A DNA stretch of 63,109 nucleotides, counting the filler, from Octopus bimaculoides (Eukaryota), in NCBI RefSeq assembly GCF_001194135.2. It is 5 parts of 5 records of this genome, joined end to end, with 100 filler letters (N's around TTAATTAATTAA, not from the genome) between each part and the next. Parts side by side here need not be neighbours in the genome. Positions count along the whole stretch, not along the records: positions 1 to 20,095 come from NC_068989.1; positions 20,196 to 37,106 come from NC_068991.1; 3 more parts are not named here. The stretch is one strand, 5' to 3'. Both the position numbers and the translations under genes were made by a program. Positions 11,141-24,130 of this stretch are shown here, piece by piece; the first letter of the stretch is position 1; the number at the start of each line of letters is the position of its first letter. The notes below the pieces were generated by a model that was not told the origin of the DNA, searched no databases, and was given only the letters and a program-made list of their open reading frames with translations.

Positions 11141-12844
11141 AATTATTATTAAAAATGAATCATGATATCAATTTCCAGCAGTGGACTATTTAATAACAAA
11201 TGCCTCTCTCTCTCTCCATGAGTCTTCATTTCACTTCTTCCTATTATCCCGTTTCGTTTATATGTATCATATAACATATGTCTCATGTAACATAGTACTC
11301 TGTCTGTCTGTCTGTCTTTTGTCTGTTTTTGTTTATTTTATCATACTTCGTTTAGTTTTATGTATCATATATCACAAAAAGAAAAAGAAAATTCATAAAC
11401 TAAGGAAAATCCTTTGTGGTGTAAGGGGAGATAAGTTCTTTCGCTTTGGAAGTATTTCTTATTTTGTATTGATTTTTACCGATTTGGACCATCACTGGTT
11501 ATCTTTGCTTAAAAAAGAAAAAAGAATTAGGCTGAAGGTAACCATTTAACGATCGCAATCTGCTCATTGACGTCAATGACTGTTTTCTGTGCTATTTTTC
11601 TTTGTGGTTTGTTTTAAAAACTGTATTTCATTGCTTCTGAAATATCTCAATTTTGAAAGTAATGCCGCAGAAACTGAGAATTGAAAGAGATCTCCATCTT
11701 AATTCTGAAATATCTTATCTGCCGGTAGCTGAAATAGCGTTGCAGATCGGCTGTCTAGGGACTTACTTATAACATTTCGATATCATTGATTGATTTCAAA
11801 TGCCTTAAACTTGAGCGCATTGGAGAACTGGAAATCATACAGCAAATTCCTTTCCTTTAAGGACATTAGTAAACTACGAAAATGAGGTTAAATGACTCCA
11901 ATTATGAATTGAAACCTCTCTGTCGTCTCCGTTTATCAACACTTTATATTCGTTCTCGACGGTAATAGTCCACCATCACCACCAAAACAGCAATTTTGTT
12001 TAAATTTGTTTGACAAGGGGGCGCCAACGTAGTCGCTCGACATATTAGAAATAACAAAATTTCCATCATATTACATTCTATCGTCATGAGAAAGAAAAAG
12101 GCTACGTTCCGTAATGTAGTTCTAGATAAATGACCAAGAAATCATCTCTGGAGCCACTTTGATCATAATGCTGTTCAATCAAGTCTGACAAGTAACTAAA
12201 CGACTACAAGAACAAGACCAACACCAGAAGCAGTAGCAACAGTAACTGATTTCATTTTCACCAAACAATGGTTTTGTAGCGGTGTAGATAAACAATCGGT
12301 TACTTCTACCTTCCTGTATTTCTTGTAAATATTCCATCAGCCAGACATTGATGAGAGCCAAAGCTGATTTCAGTAATATGAACATACGAAGCATAAAAAA
12401 AAAACGATTTTGTTGCGGTAAAGTGTCTAGTCCGGTGTTATAATGTCTTGGCTGTTTCTACATCCTTTAATACATATTAACGTTTAAAATTAACTTCACA
12501 GTCACTTAGCAGATAATCCCTTTCTTTATCAAATGTCTATATGTGAAAGGAAAGTTACAGATGTTTCAGTCACCGTGACCGTTGCCCTGAGTGTCAGACG
12601 TCTTAGCTTCACGTCTCATCGTCAGTCCAACGTTGTACCCATTGCCCTATGTGTATCGTTTTATAGAAACTGTCATTGCTGGATATGTGGTTCTCCGTTC
12701 TAAGTGATGGAAATGTCATATCATTTAGTCTTATGTAGCATTTTGTTTCTAAGACAGCATGGTGTGATTTCAAGGAGTGCTTCTTGTTTCTTCTAGCAAG
12801 TTGAATATTTCCCTTTATGTACCTGTTATTAAAAAAAAAAACAT

Positions 12845-13150
12845 AGGTAGTGGGTAGCGATTTTCTTCACTACTTCAGGGAGTGACGACCCTGCCTGACA
12901 CGAGTCCCAGGCTCAGCTGGCTCCGGCTAACAGTACCCGGTATGGGCCCTATCCAGAGTTAGGGAAAGGAGACAACCTTCAAAGGAATCCAGAGTGGAGG
13001 CCCGTTGGCGGTTTAGTGTTCGACTCGACACTCTTCCGGCAGCTCCTGCAACCAAGCTGGTGCCAAACGTAATGCTCTGCACTCCTTTGGACTATGTCAG
13101 CAAGGTCGAGAGAGGAACCCTGACGATTAGGCTACCCTGGATTTTCTTAC
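12845..13150 (+). mobile_element. Probable 5' UTR fragment of an RTE-clade LINE
   Basis: GC-rich island with caagctggtgccaaacgta...gcactcctttggac, recalled from RTE 5' regions. No ORF. Confidence 0.45.
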
Positions 13151-13169
13151 AGTGACTTATATACTCTCC

Positions 13170-13572
13170 TTTACTCTTTTATTTGTTTCAGTCATTTGAC
13201 TGCGGCCATGCTGGAGCACCGCCTTTAGTTGAGCAAATCGACTCCAGGACTTACTCTTTGTAAGCTTAGTACTTATTCTATCGGTCTCTTAGGCCGAACC
13301 GCTTAATTACTGGGACGTAAACACACCAGCATCGGTTGTCAAGCGATGCTGGGGGGACAAACACAGACACACAAACATATACGCACACATACATAAATAT
13401 ATATATATAAACATATATATGATGGGCTTCTTTCAGTTTCCATCTACCAAATCCACTCACAAGGCTTTGGTCAGCCCGAGGCTTAAGCAGAAGACACCTG
13501 CCCAAGGTGCCACGCAGTTGGACTGAACCCAGAACCATGTGGTTGGTAAGCAAGCTACTTACCACACAGTCA
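13170..13572 (-). mobile_element. Full-length type C (CORE-like) tRNA-derived SINE
   Basis: Minus-strand tRNA-like head (gtggtaagtagcttgcttaccaaccacatggttctgggttcagtcc), CORE-like ccttgggcaggtgtctt, internal (TA/TG)n and a stem-loop tail followed by (aaagagt)-type repeats. Near-identical to 59745-60152. Confidence 0.9.
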
Positions 13573-13970
13573 TGGAAACCAGGTAATCGAACATATAAAT
13601 CCTAATGCCCTAGACACCCCGCCCCCAGAAAACCCCAGAAAGCCTTTTATTTCGAGAATCAGTCGTAAATGATCAGCTTCCATCACTTTTTTCACGAGTA
13701 ACCTCACTGAAATGCATTAAATTTTACAACCAAGATATGTGTTGCTTTATTAATTATCAAGTTATAAACTCGGTGATATTGATTCAACTTTTTATCCTCA
13801 CCGCAACTCAATGAATTTGTTTATAATTTATGTCTCATTGCCTGTCTATATATATATGTATGTACGCATGTACGTATGTATGATATATGCAGTCACACAT
13901 ATACGCATGTATATGAATGCTATGATGCAATGATAGCTATGTATTATTACCTAATATATTTACATGCATA

Positions 13971-14005
<35 letters not shown>

Positions 14006-14944
14006 NNNNNNNNNNNNNNNNNNNNNNNNNNNNNNNNNNNNNNNNNNNNNNNNNNNNNNNNNNNNNNNNNNNNNNNNNNNNNNNNNNNNNNNNNNNNNNN
14101 NNNNNNNNNNNNNNNNNNNNNNNNNNNNNNNNNNNNNNNNNNNNNNNNNNNNNNNNNNNNNNNNNNNNNNNNNNNNNNNNNNNNNNNNNNNNNNNNNNNN
14201 NNNNNNNNNNNNNNNNNNNNNNNNNNNNNNNNNNNNNNNNNNNNNNNNNNNNNNNNNNNNNNNNNNNNNNNNNNNNNNNNNNNNNNNNNNNNNNNNNNNN
14301 NNNNNNNNNNNNNNNNNNNNNNNNNNNNNNNNNNNNNNNNNNNNNNNNNNNNNNNNNNNNNNNNNNNNNNNNNNNNNNNNNNNNNNNNNNNNNNNNNNNN
14401 NNNNNNNNNNNNNNNNNNNNNNNNNNNNNNNNNNNNNNNNNNNNNNNNNNNNNNNNNNNNNNNNNNNNNNNNNNNNNNNNNNNNNNNNNNNNNNNNNNNN
14501 NNNNNNNNNNNNNNNNNNNNNNNNNNNNNNNNNNNNNNNNNNNNNNNNNNNNNNNNNNNNNNNNNNNNNNNNNNNNNNNNNNNNNNNNNNNNNNNNNNNN
14601 NNNNNNNNNNNNNNNNNNNNNNNNNNNNNNNNNNNNNNNNNNNNNNNNNNNNNNNNNNNNNNNNNNNNNNNNNNNNNNNNNNNNNNNNNNNNNNNNNNNN
14701 NNNNNNNNNNNNNNNNNNNNNNNNNNNNNNNNNNNNNNNNNNNNNNNNNNNNNNNNNNNNNNNNNNNNNNNNNNNNNNNNNNNNNNNNNNNNNNNNNNNN
14801 NNNNNNNNNNNNNNNNNNNNNNNNNNNNNNNNNNNNNNNNNNNNNNNNNNNNNNNNNNNNNNNNNNNNNNNNNNNNNNNNNNNNNNNNNNNNNNNNNNNN
14901 NNNNNATAACACGAAGCGCAAAACTAAAATATTTATGATAAATT

Positions 14945-14949
14945 TACTG

Positions 14950-15004
<55 letters not shown>

Positions 15005-15147
15005 AACTACTACTACAGCTGCTGCTGCTGCTGCAACTATCACCGTCACCTTCACTACTACTACTACTACCATCATCCTTACCACAACCAGCACCACCAC
15101 TACCACCACCAGCACCAACACCACTACCACCACCACCACCACTGCTG

Positions 15148-15200
<53 letters not shown>

Positions 15201-15480
15201 ACCACTACCACTATAATCATCCTCACCACCACCACTACCATCACCACTCTACTACTAATAAAACTACTTTGGTGGTCGATGATGATGATGATGATGATGA
15301 TGATAATGATGATAATGACGATGATGTGGATGATGATGACGATGCTGACGATGATGATGAAGGAAATGATAAAAATATAACTATAGCAAGGGCAACAAGT
15401 GAATGATGATTCACGTCCTCCTCCACCCACCCCTTCCTCATCGTCATCGTTAATTATCATCATCATCATCATTAACATCA
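14945..15480. repeat. Compound trinucleotide low-complexity tract (CTA/CTG/CCA then GAT then CAT)
   Basis: Seen directly. Confidence 0.95.
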
Positions 15481-15633
15481 TCATCATCAGCAACGGTATT
15501 GACATCAATTGCTGCAATGACTGCGTTTGTTCTCTTTGCAACGTCACCAACACAACAGCAGATCCAGCAACAACTGCAGCCTTCCGCCACCAGCTTGACC
15601 GTTTCCAACCGTACCTGTACCACTGCCAAAATC

Positions 15634-16014
15634 ACACTTCGTCGGTTACGACGACGAGGGTTCCAGTGGATTCAATCAACGGAACAGCCTGCTCATGAAA
15701 TTAACGTGCAAGTGGCTGAGCATTCCACAGACACGTGTACCCTTAACGTAGTTCTCGGGGTGGTTCAGCGTGAGACAAAGTGTGACAAGGCTTTCCCCTT
15801 TGAAATACAGGTACAACAGAAGCAGGAAAAAAAAGTGAGAGAAAGTTGTGGTGAGAGAGTACAGCAGAGTTCACCACCATCCCCTGCCGGAACCCCGTGG
15901 AGCCTTTAGGTGTTTTCGCTCAATAAACACTCACAAAGCCCGTTCTGGGAATTGAAACTGCGATACTACAACCGCGAGTCCACTGCCCTAACCACTGGGG
16001 TATTGTGCCTCCAC
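15634..16014 (-). mobile_element. Full-length type A tRNA-derived SINE
   Basis: Reverse complement of 45835-46221 along its whole length. Confidence 0.9.
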
Positions 16015-16020
16015 TAAGGA

Positions 16021-16205
16021 GCACTCTGTCGGTTACGTCGACGAGGGTCCCAGCTGATACGATCAACGGAATAGCTTACTCGTGAAATTAACGTGCAAGT
16101 GGCTCAGCATTCCACAGACACGTGTACCCTTAACGTAGTTCTCGGGGATATTCAGCGTGACACAGTGTGACAAGGCTGGTCATTTGAAATACAGGTAAAC
16201 TCACA
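16021..16205 (-). mobile_element. Second, partial type A SINE (3' half) abutting the first
   Basis: Repeats gtcggttacg...gaaattaacgtgcaagtggct...cgtagttctcgggg. Confidence 0.85.
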
Positions 16206-16244
16206 ACGCCTGCTCTTGGAATAGAAAAAAAACGCGATCCTACG

Positions 16245-16305
<61 letters not shown>

Positions 16306-16309
16306 ATAT

Positions 16310-16460
16310 ATATACGACGGGCTTCTTTCAGTTTCCGTCCACCAAATCCACTCACAAAGCTTTGGTCAGCCCGAGGCTATAGTAGAAGACACTGACCCAA
16401 GGTGCCACGCAGTGGGACTGAACCTGGAAGCATGTGGTTAGGAAGCAATCTTCTTACTGT
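16310..16460 (-). mobile_element. Type C SINE 5' half
   Basis: cgacgggcttctttcagtttccgtc...cccaaggtgccacgcagtgggactgaacc. Confidence 0.9.
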
Positions 16461-17194
16461 AACAATAAGTAATGGGTGTATATGCATATACACCCACTAT
16501 TTATTTATACATCCTTCCTTGTTTGATGAAAATTACAATATTCCATAAATCCACCAAGGCTTCCTTCGACTGTTCCTTTGAAATATACCTTCGCTTTTTG
16601 ATCTACACAGGTATATCGTTTTTTTTTCTTACCTTACTTTTTCTTTGAAAAACTTTTCGGGTAAGGAGACTAAAGGATTTCGTGACATATCTAATCTGAA
16701 TTCAGAATTTGTTCTTTGATAGACAATACATACAAAAGACATTGTTTTTGCTGCCATCTTAGGTGTTGGATGCCGTTAGTGAAAATTATATATATTTTAT
16801 TTTCAGTGTAGAGAAAAATTCTGCGTTCGCTTGTTTAAGTTTTGTAATTTGTTTTAAAACTTTATGTTCGTGTTTGCATGAATATCGAAAATATTTTCAA
16901 ATCTCTTAGGAAATTTAACACAAGACGAAAAAGCTAAACTGTTACACGAAAAAGGCAATATTTACAAATGAAATTTAAAAAAAATTCCGACTAAAAACCT
17001 TTTTTACACCCCAATTTTAAACGGGGTGGACACCCAAATTTTGTAAAGCCTATTAATAAGCATATTTTTTTAATTATGAGGTTTTGAGTGGGTGGGGGTA
17101 TTAGTCGATAATATCTACTCAATTCTTGTCTGGTACTTAATTTATATTTCAATAACAACAACAACAACATAATAGTAATAATAATAATAATGAA

Positions 17195-17395
17195 TTATGG
17201 CATCAAATTTTGGCACAAGGCCAGCAATTTTAGGGGTGGTGTAAGTCATTTACATCAAACTTGAGTGACAAATATTTTATCGATCCCGAAAGATTGGTCG
17301 GCAATATCGACATCGGTGGTGTTTGAACTCAAAACCAATCCGGAACAAATGCCGCTTAGCATTTTGTCTGACGCGTTAACGATTTTGCCAAAAAT
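17195..17395 (-). mobile_element. Type B SINE, decayed
   Basis: Same core, reverse strand. Confidence 0.8.
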
Positions 17396-17479
17396 AGTAA
17401 GAGACCAATTGTTTTGGGAACTGCTTTAATAACTTTTGCATATAGTAACGATAACAAGTACGAGTCGAGTACAAGACAA

Positions 17480-18630
17480 AACCAACAACGACAGCAACAA
17501 CAACATCAACAATAACAACAACAACAACAACAACAACAACAATAACAATAACAACAACATAAACAGCAACAATAACAGTAAAGACTAAGGGAAATAAAAG
17601 TAGCAAGACGAAAAAGATGTAGAGGAAGGACAATAAAAATAAGTAGAGAAATAAGAAGCAGAAGAAAAAAGAATTGGAACATGGAAATAAGGGAATGAAG
17701 GTTTTGAAGAATGGAAAGAAGAACAAGCAGGAGAGAATAAGATTGAGTTTAATGAAGGATGACAACGACAGGAACGATGACGATGGCGGTGGTGACGATG
17801 GTGGTGGTGATAATGGTGATGATGATGATGATAGTGATCACGACCGAGAAGAAGAAGGAGGAGGAGGAGGAAAAGTTAGTAGTGGAGGAAGGAGGTGGAG
17901 GAGGAGAGGAGAGATTGAAGAGATAGAGGAGGAGGATGAGAAGAAGACGAAGAAGAAGAAGAAGAAGAAGAAGAAGAAGAAGAAGAAGACAAAGAAGAAG
18001 AAGAAGAAGAAGAAGAAGAAAGTGAAGAAGGTGAAGAAGAAGAAGAAGAAGAAGAAGAAGAAGAAGAAAGATGTGACAGAAGAGAAAGAAAAAGATCAAG
18101 TAGGAAAAAGGAGAAATGAAGGAAAAAACTGTAAAGAGAAGTAAGAAAGGTAGAGGGAGATGAAGATGAAAAAAAAAAGAAGGGAGAAGGTAATATCATA
18201 GGAAGTAAGATGGAAAATGGAAGAAGCAAAAATAAGGAGAAAAACAACGAAGAAATAATTAGTGGAAAGAGAAAATAATGAATAAAAGCGAAAAAGAAGG
18301 AAAGAGGATTGCTGAAAAAGAAAAAAAGAATGAAGAAAATTAGTCGAAGTGTATGAAGAAGTAGAACATGTAGAGGATATTGATGAGGAAAAAGAAGAAT
18401 TAGAAGTTGAATGATAATAATAAGAAGGAGACGAGTAAGAAGAGCATCAACTACAACAAAATGACAAGAATAAGAAGAGTAAGTTACAAAAACAAAGACG
18501 TAGACAAGAAAATTGAAAATATACAAAATAACTTGATAAGATAAATCAAATACATGGTGGTAAGGTGTGAGAGGAGGATGAGATGAGAAAAGAGAAAGAA
18601 GGAGAAAAAGCGAAAGTGAAAGTGAAAGTT
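17480..18630. repeat. Purine-rich low-complexity tract: (CAA)n, (GAT/GGT)n, long (GAA)n at ~17940-18070
   Basis: Seen directly. Confidence 0.95.
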
Positions 18631-19835
18631 TGGCTGTCAAACAGAAGCAACAGCATTGACATGCAGTTGAGTTAAATGAATTATCGCAGAGTAAAATAAA
18701 ATTGGGTGTTATCCAAAACAGTCGACTGCTAATGTTATCCCCCTTTCCCATTTACCACTTCACTAAGCTGTCAATTTAATCCAACCACAGAAAGAATCAA
18801 TGGCTACTGGTGGTGGCCTTTTGCTTCGTCTTCATTCTCCACGGACTCCTCCTCCTCGTCTTTTACATGCTTTTGTATCTCCCCTCCCTCCATCACTCCG
18901 ATATTTTGTTGCCGCTCTGGGACTCTGTAACTTTGTCAAAGTTTCTCCCGTTTTCTTTTCCCCAATCTCGTTTGCTCATTCATCAATCATCATTTGTTTT
19001 GATTCTTTCAGCTTTTCTGGTTATTATCCTGCATTCTCACCCCCCCCACTACTCCTGCTCCGTAGATTCCCTCTCATCTTCTTCCTTTACCCTTTCCGCT
19101 ATCACCCTTTTTTTACATTCTATTTCTCTCGTCACATTCCCCTCTTTCTCCTCCCCCTCTTCTATCTCATCTGTCACACTTCTCCAACGCCTCCTTCACT
19201 TACAATGACTTTCACTCTTACATTTCTCTTCAGGTGCGTCTGAACCTTAATTTTCTTATATTCTCCATTACTCTACTCTTAACATCTTGTCTCTCACACC
19301 GTTTGTCTATGCATCTCCCCACCGCACTATAGACTCTATCTCAGTCCCATCGCGCCTTCATCCATCTCTAATGACTTTACATCTATTTTTGCTCATCTTG
19401 CTCCACTGGCTGCATACTGCCGCATAGCAAACTGCACTACACCACACCATGAAAGCCAATGATTAGGTCTCTTTATCGTTGCTTAATCTGCTAGAAATAG
19501 CAGCTAAATCACTCTTAAATACCACTCTACCGTTTACACTGTACCGTTTACAACACATTGCCTCAAACTACGCCATACAAACGAATGATTAGATCTCTAC
19601 ATGGTCGGTCAATCAGCTAGAAGTAGCAGAGAGATCTTTTTTAAATCACACCTTATCCTCTGAAGAATGAAAACGGAACATAATGTTACAAAGACAGGAT
19701 GGTCAGGGCCAAAATGATAGATGCATGCGAAAAGTTAATCTACTACTATACTGCAAATACTAAACTAGACTTCAGTAATGTTACAGTATACAGCACTAAG
19801 CTACATTAAGGTATACTAAAACGTACAGTATAGAG

Positions 19836-20618
19836 CAGCATTTCTCAACGGGGGTTCCCTGGAACCCTAGGGTTCCGCAAAAGGTTCCTAAGGGTTCCGC
19901 AAGAAAGTGAGATAAGCTAATGCTAATTTCATGATCGTAATATTACTATTCATGCACAGCATATTATTGGTTATTGTAATATAGACATCATCCTATCTAA
20001 CCTATTATGTTATCAAAAAAATATAACAACCGTTGGGAACATATTTAGTGATGTCTGAAATTTATGGACACCCTGTACTATATATATATATATATNNNNN
20101 NNNNNNNNNNNNNNNNNNNNNNNNNNNNNNNNNNNNNNNTTAATTAATTAANNNNNNNNNNNNNNNNNNNNNNNNNNNNNNNNNNNNNNNNNNNNTATTA
20201 TTAATCAAAAATAATCGAAAATATATCAACACTATTCAAATCGAAGTCTTATATTATGTTGAAATGATACTCTAACTTCTAAATAATTTAGTGTTAAATA
20301 AGTTATCTATTAAAAAATAATCTTTAAAAAAACCAAATGAATAATATAAAAAACAAGAATAAGACAAGGACAAGACAGGGGATCCGTAGACAGCAAATAC
20401 TTATTATGGGCAATTTAATTTTATATATGTTTTTTATCGAAATCTTTTAATTGACAATTAACCTATTTGTTAAATACTGTTAAATAAATAAATGCAAAAA
20501 TATATGTTATTTTAAGCAAATATTTATATATAAATTTCATAAACGTTTATAAGGGGGTCCCTAAGGTAAAGCCTGAAATATAAAGGGGTCCGCAAGTCAA
20601 AAAGCTTGAAAACCCCTG
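19836..20618. mobile_element. hAT (Charlie-like) non-autonomous element spanning an assembly join
   Basis: Imperfect TIRs cagcatttctcaac / gcttgaaaacccctg and subterminal gggttccgc repeats. Interrupted by the linker gap at 20096-20195. Confidence 0.6.
20096..20195. other. Artificial 100-bp scaffold spacer (44N-TTAATTAATTAA-44N)
   Basis: Identical structure at 37107-37206, 44642-44741 and 57418-57517. The 12-mer gives stops in all six frames. Confidence 0.95.
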
Positions 20619-21013
20619 GTCTAATCAATAAGCGTAGGAGTGAGGTAAATGCATCTAAAATAGGGGAGGGAGCCCATTTGGGCCCCATTTAAGCGGCCCT
20701 TCAGAGACTGAACCGCCTTGCGATACTCCCTAGGAGTTCTTGGTATGAAATTCATTGTCATTGCTCCGATTTGGTCGCCATGAAGTAAAAATAGGGAGGT
20801 CATTGGGGTCCCAATTAGGTGGCCCTTAAAAAATAGACCCCTTAGGACATTCTCAGGGATTAGGGGAGTTGTTGGTTTAAGTTTCGTTGTCCTTGCACCA
20901 ACGGTCTAGGAGGAGTTAACGAACATAAAAACGTAACGAACAGAGGAACATCACTCAAATTTATAATAGGATAAACATACATACATACATACATACATAC
21001 ATACACATATATA

Positions 21014-21093
<80 letters not shown>

Positions 21094-21099
21094 AACAGA

Positions 21100-21375
21100 A
21101 CAACAAACACAAAAAACAACAACGCGAGGACGTGGTACATGCAAAGTATTAGCAGACGCTCAGGGAAGGAAAGAAAGATGGTCTGATGTTTCGAGCAACG
21201 CTCTTCTTCAGAAACAGAGGAAAGTTCAATAGAAAGGAAGACGGAGGAAGAAAATCGCCAAAAACAAAAGACGAAGACAGGTATATGAACAATAAGCAGG
21301 TGTATCAGTTTGATGCTCGGGAAAGTGAGAATGTCTTTTACGTTTCGAGCATACGCTCTTCAAGAGAAAGGAAAT
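21100..21375 (-). mobile_element. Tandem pair of Penelope-like pseudo-LTR monomers with minimal hammerhead motifs
   Basis: Minus strand CTGAAGA-a-gagc-gtt-gctc-GAAAc (21211-21188) and a degenerate copy 154 bp upstream (..tgaagagcgtatgctcGAAAcGTA). Both are followed by ttccc(t)gagcRtc...ct(a/g)atac. Confidence 0.7.
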
Positions 21376-21739
21376 TGAGGAAATGAATTGAGAGAGAATA
21401 AAAAAAAAAAAACTTGTGGATTTAGCGATCAATCATACGATACAAGTATATAACTATATTTATATGTGTATATGTGGGTGTATGTATGTATGGATGGATG
21501 GATGTGTGTATGAGAGAGAGGGGGAAGAGAGAGAGGGAGAGAGATAGATTGTACACCTGAAGCGGTAGTCACTCATATGTACCCAGGAAACTTTATGTCG
21601 TGTAGAGATGAATCAAGTTAAATTCATATAAACCTCAGCTACATGTTGAATTCCAATTTGTTTTGTTTGTTCTACTTCTCCCTGTATATGTATGTATGTG
21701 TGTGTGTGTGTATGTGCGCGTGCGTGTGTGTACATGCTA

Positions 21740-21970
21740 CTATGTAGTTTTATATCCAGAATTCTCTCCAATGGAGAAAGGGTCAGTTTCTAACCTAGAT
21801 CCAAAGCTCCTTTATTGGAATTTCAGCATCAAGTATTTGGTATCAATTTATGTGCAGATCTCTGTATTGCTTCATGTATGTTTGCTCATACATATAGTTG
21901 TTTGACTAAACATGTGCATATGCACTCATATGCTAAACTTTGGGTAAGTTTTACACATTTTTACAATTCC
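21740..21970 (+). repeat. Interspersed repeat family E, copy 2
   Basis: See 2620-2890. Confidence 0.75.
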
Positions 21971-22050
21971 ATTGATGGCTTGTATCTGTTACCGACTAAT
22001 TAGATTTTTCCTTTCTGGTTGTGGAACCCTAATTTCTCAAGGTTGATCAG

Positions 22051-22059
<9 letters not shown>

Positions 22060-22081
<22 letters not shown>

Positions 22082-22295
22082 GTGCGGAAATATAAGCACA
22101 CCGGTTGTCAAGTGGGAGGTGGGGAGGGAAATACAAACTCAAATATATATACGACAGGCTTCCACTCAGTTTCCGTCACAAAGTATTGGTTAAATCGTAG
22201 CTATAGTAGAAATCATTTCCCCCAAGGTACCGAGCTGTGAGACAGAACTCGGAACCACGTGGTTGCAAAACAAGCTTTTTAACCATGCAGCTACG
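22060..22295 (-). mobile_element. Type C SINE, decayed and internally deleted
   Basis: acgacaggcttccactcagtttccgtc...cccaaggt...ggaaccacgtggttgcaa. Confidence 0.75.
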
Positions 22296-22364
22296 CTTGA
22301 TATAATTTTATGCATATTTGCATATATTTATAAATGTATATATTACAAATACATTTCAAAGTAG

Positions 22365-22440
<76 letters not shown>

Positions 22441-23428
22441 CCTAACATACACATAGATGTTTTTATGTATACACAATATATATTGCAATATATTATAATA
22501 TATCTGTATTGTATATGTGTGCTTACAGATATATTCTAATTATTTATTTATAAATATATTACATATACAGACATACATATAGATCGAAAGATAGATAGAT
22601 AGGGAGATAGATGGGAAGAAGGAGGGAGAGAGTATGGTCAGGGTCCTAAACTAGAGATTAACCTATGAAAATTGTGTGTGTGTGTGTGTGTGTGTGTGTT
22701 AATCACTCTTCTATCACTTTCTATTTTTTTATATTCTACTGCAGGATCTATTTCTCTTTCTCTCTCCGAGCCCTTCTCTCTCTCTCGTTTTCTTTAAACA
22801 TTTCTTTTGTTCATATCTTGCTTCTTCCACCTCTATGTATATTCATATCCTTTCTTTCTCTGTCGCTACTTTTCTTTTTATATCTCTTTTTCATCTTGAG
22901 TATATATAATTTCTTTCTTGATCGCTTTTTTTTTTCTCGTTTAACGCCGACTAAAACAAAATACAATAAACAAAACTATCTTACCCTATGCTACAAACAC
23001 AATTTTCGTTCATTATCTATTCTGGTGGTGGCAGAAAAAACAAAAAAGAAAGCCACTTCTTTCTCTCCTCAGATAATCCAAGTTGTCTTTCAATCCACAG
23101 TGTTGTTTAATCAACTCACTATCTACTTTAATTTTTACTTTCTTTTCCCGTTTCTTTCAAGTCTTAGAACTTTCGCAACCCAAAAGACATTATTGATATA
23201 TTATTATTATATTTATATTTTTTATCTAGATTCTCAATCTGTATCTTTTTTCAGGCTTTTTTGCCTTCGTGCTTTTAATTTTATTTGTTTACTTTTTGTC
23301 CTTTAGTTCCTAATTTTGTGGTGGGTGGTTTCTTCCCCGTTTGTTTCTTACTTACATAGTTACATAGACACAAACAAACTCGTATATAAATTACATATAT
23401 AAATGTAAGAAAATTAGATACTGACGTG

Positions 23429-23466
<38 letters not shown>

Positions 23467-23734
23467 CGTGTGTGTGTGTGTGTGTATTCACCGTGTGGTT
23501 CTAAACTTAATCCGAAGCAGACGTACATGTATTTGTACACACAAGATACACTGTATATATATATATATANNNNNNNNNNNNNNNNNNNNNNNNNNNNNNN
23601 NNNNNNNNNNNNNNNNNNNNNNNNNNNNNNNNNNNNNNNNNNNNNNNNNNNNNNNNNNNNNNNNNNNNNNNNNNNNNNNNNNNNNNNNNNNNNNNNNNNN
23701 NNNNNNNNNNNNNNNNNNNNNNNNNNNNNNNNNT

Positions 23735-24130
23735 AACCCTTTAAGCAAAATAAGCACGTGCTTAGGGCATCAAGGGAAAGGGACGCCACAGAAATGAAAA
23801 TGGTTTACGGCACGAAAGAAATCACTTTAAACTTGCTAAAATAATATTCATAATGCCTTATCTCTAAGCATAGAAGCAGAAGTTTTACGTAAAATTGATT
23901 TTAACGATATCATCGAACACTTTACGATAAAAAAAAAAACGAAAGAGAAAACTTTCCAAATATAAATAAAATGGAAGCATACAAAAATAAACTTTATATT
24001 GCATATTACTGTGAATTTTATTTCATTTTGAAAAATAAAAATTTATTTTATGGTTTATAATCGTTAACCTTTTGAATTATTTTTGTCTACATTTTGAACC
24101 ATTTACATATGCTTGAGGGCACCAAAACCT
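23735..24130 (+). mobile_element. hAT (Tip100-like) non-autonomous element fragment
   Basis: Encodes ..SIEAEVLRKIDFNDIIEHFTIKKKRKRKL (hAT C-terminal dimerisation region). Co-linear with the reverse complement of 62173-62602. Confidence 0.8.

Noticed and set aside
15399-15909. ORFs with a Gln-rich or Cys-rich stretch (TQQQIQQQLQP; GCSCCWICCC)
   Set aside because: They start in a trinucleotide tract and end in antisense SINE; no recognisable family or splice sites.
17674-18751. Poly-Lys/Asp and poly-Ser/Leu ORFs
   Set aside because: Translations of (GAA)n and (GAT)n microsatellites with no domain or splice support.
20640-20870. GC-richer segment with ggggcccc-type motifs, possibly a DNA transposon
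   Set aside because: No TIR pair or TSD was identified.
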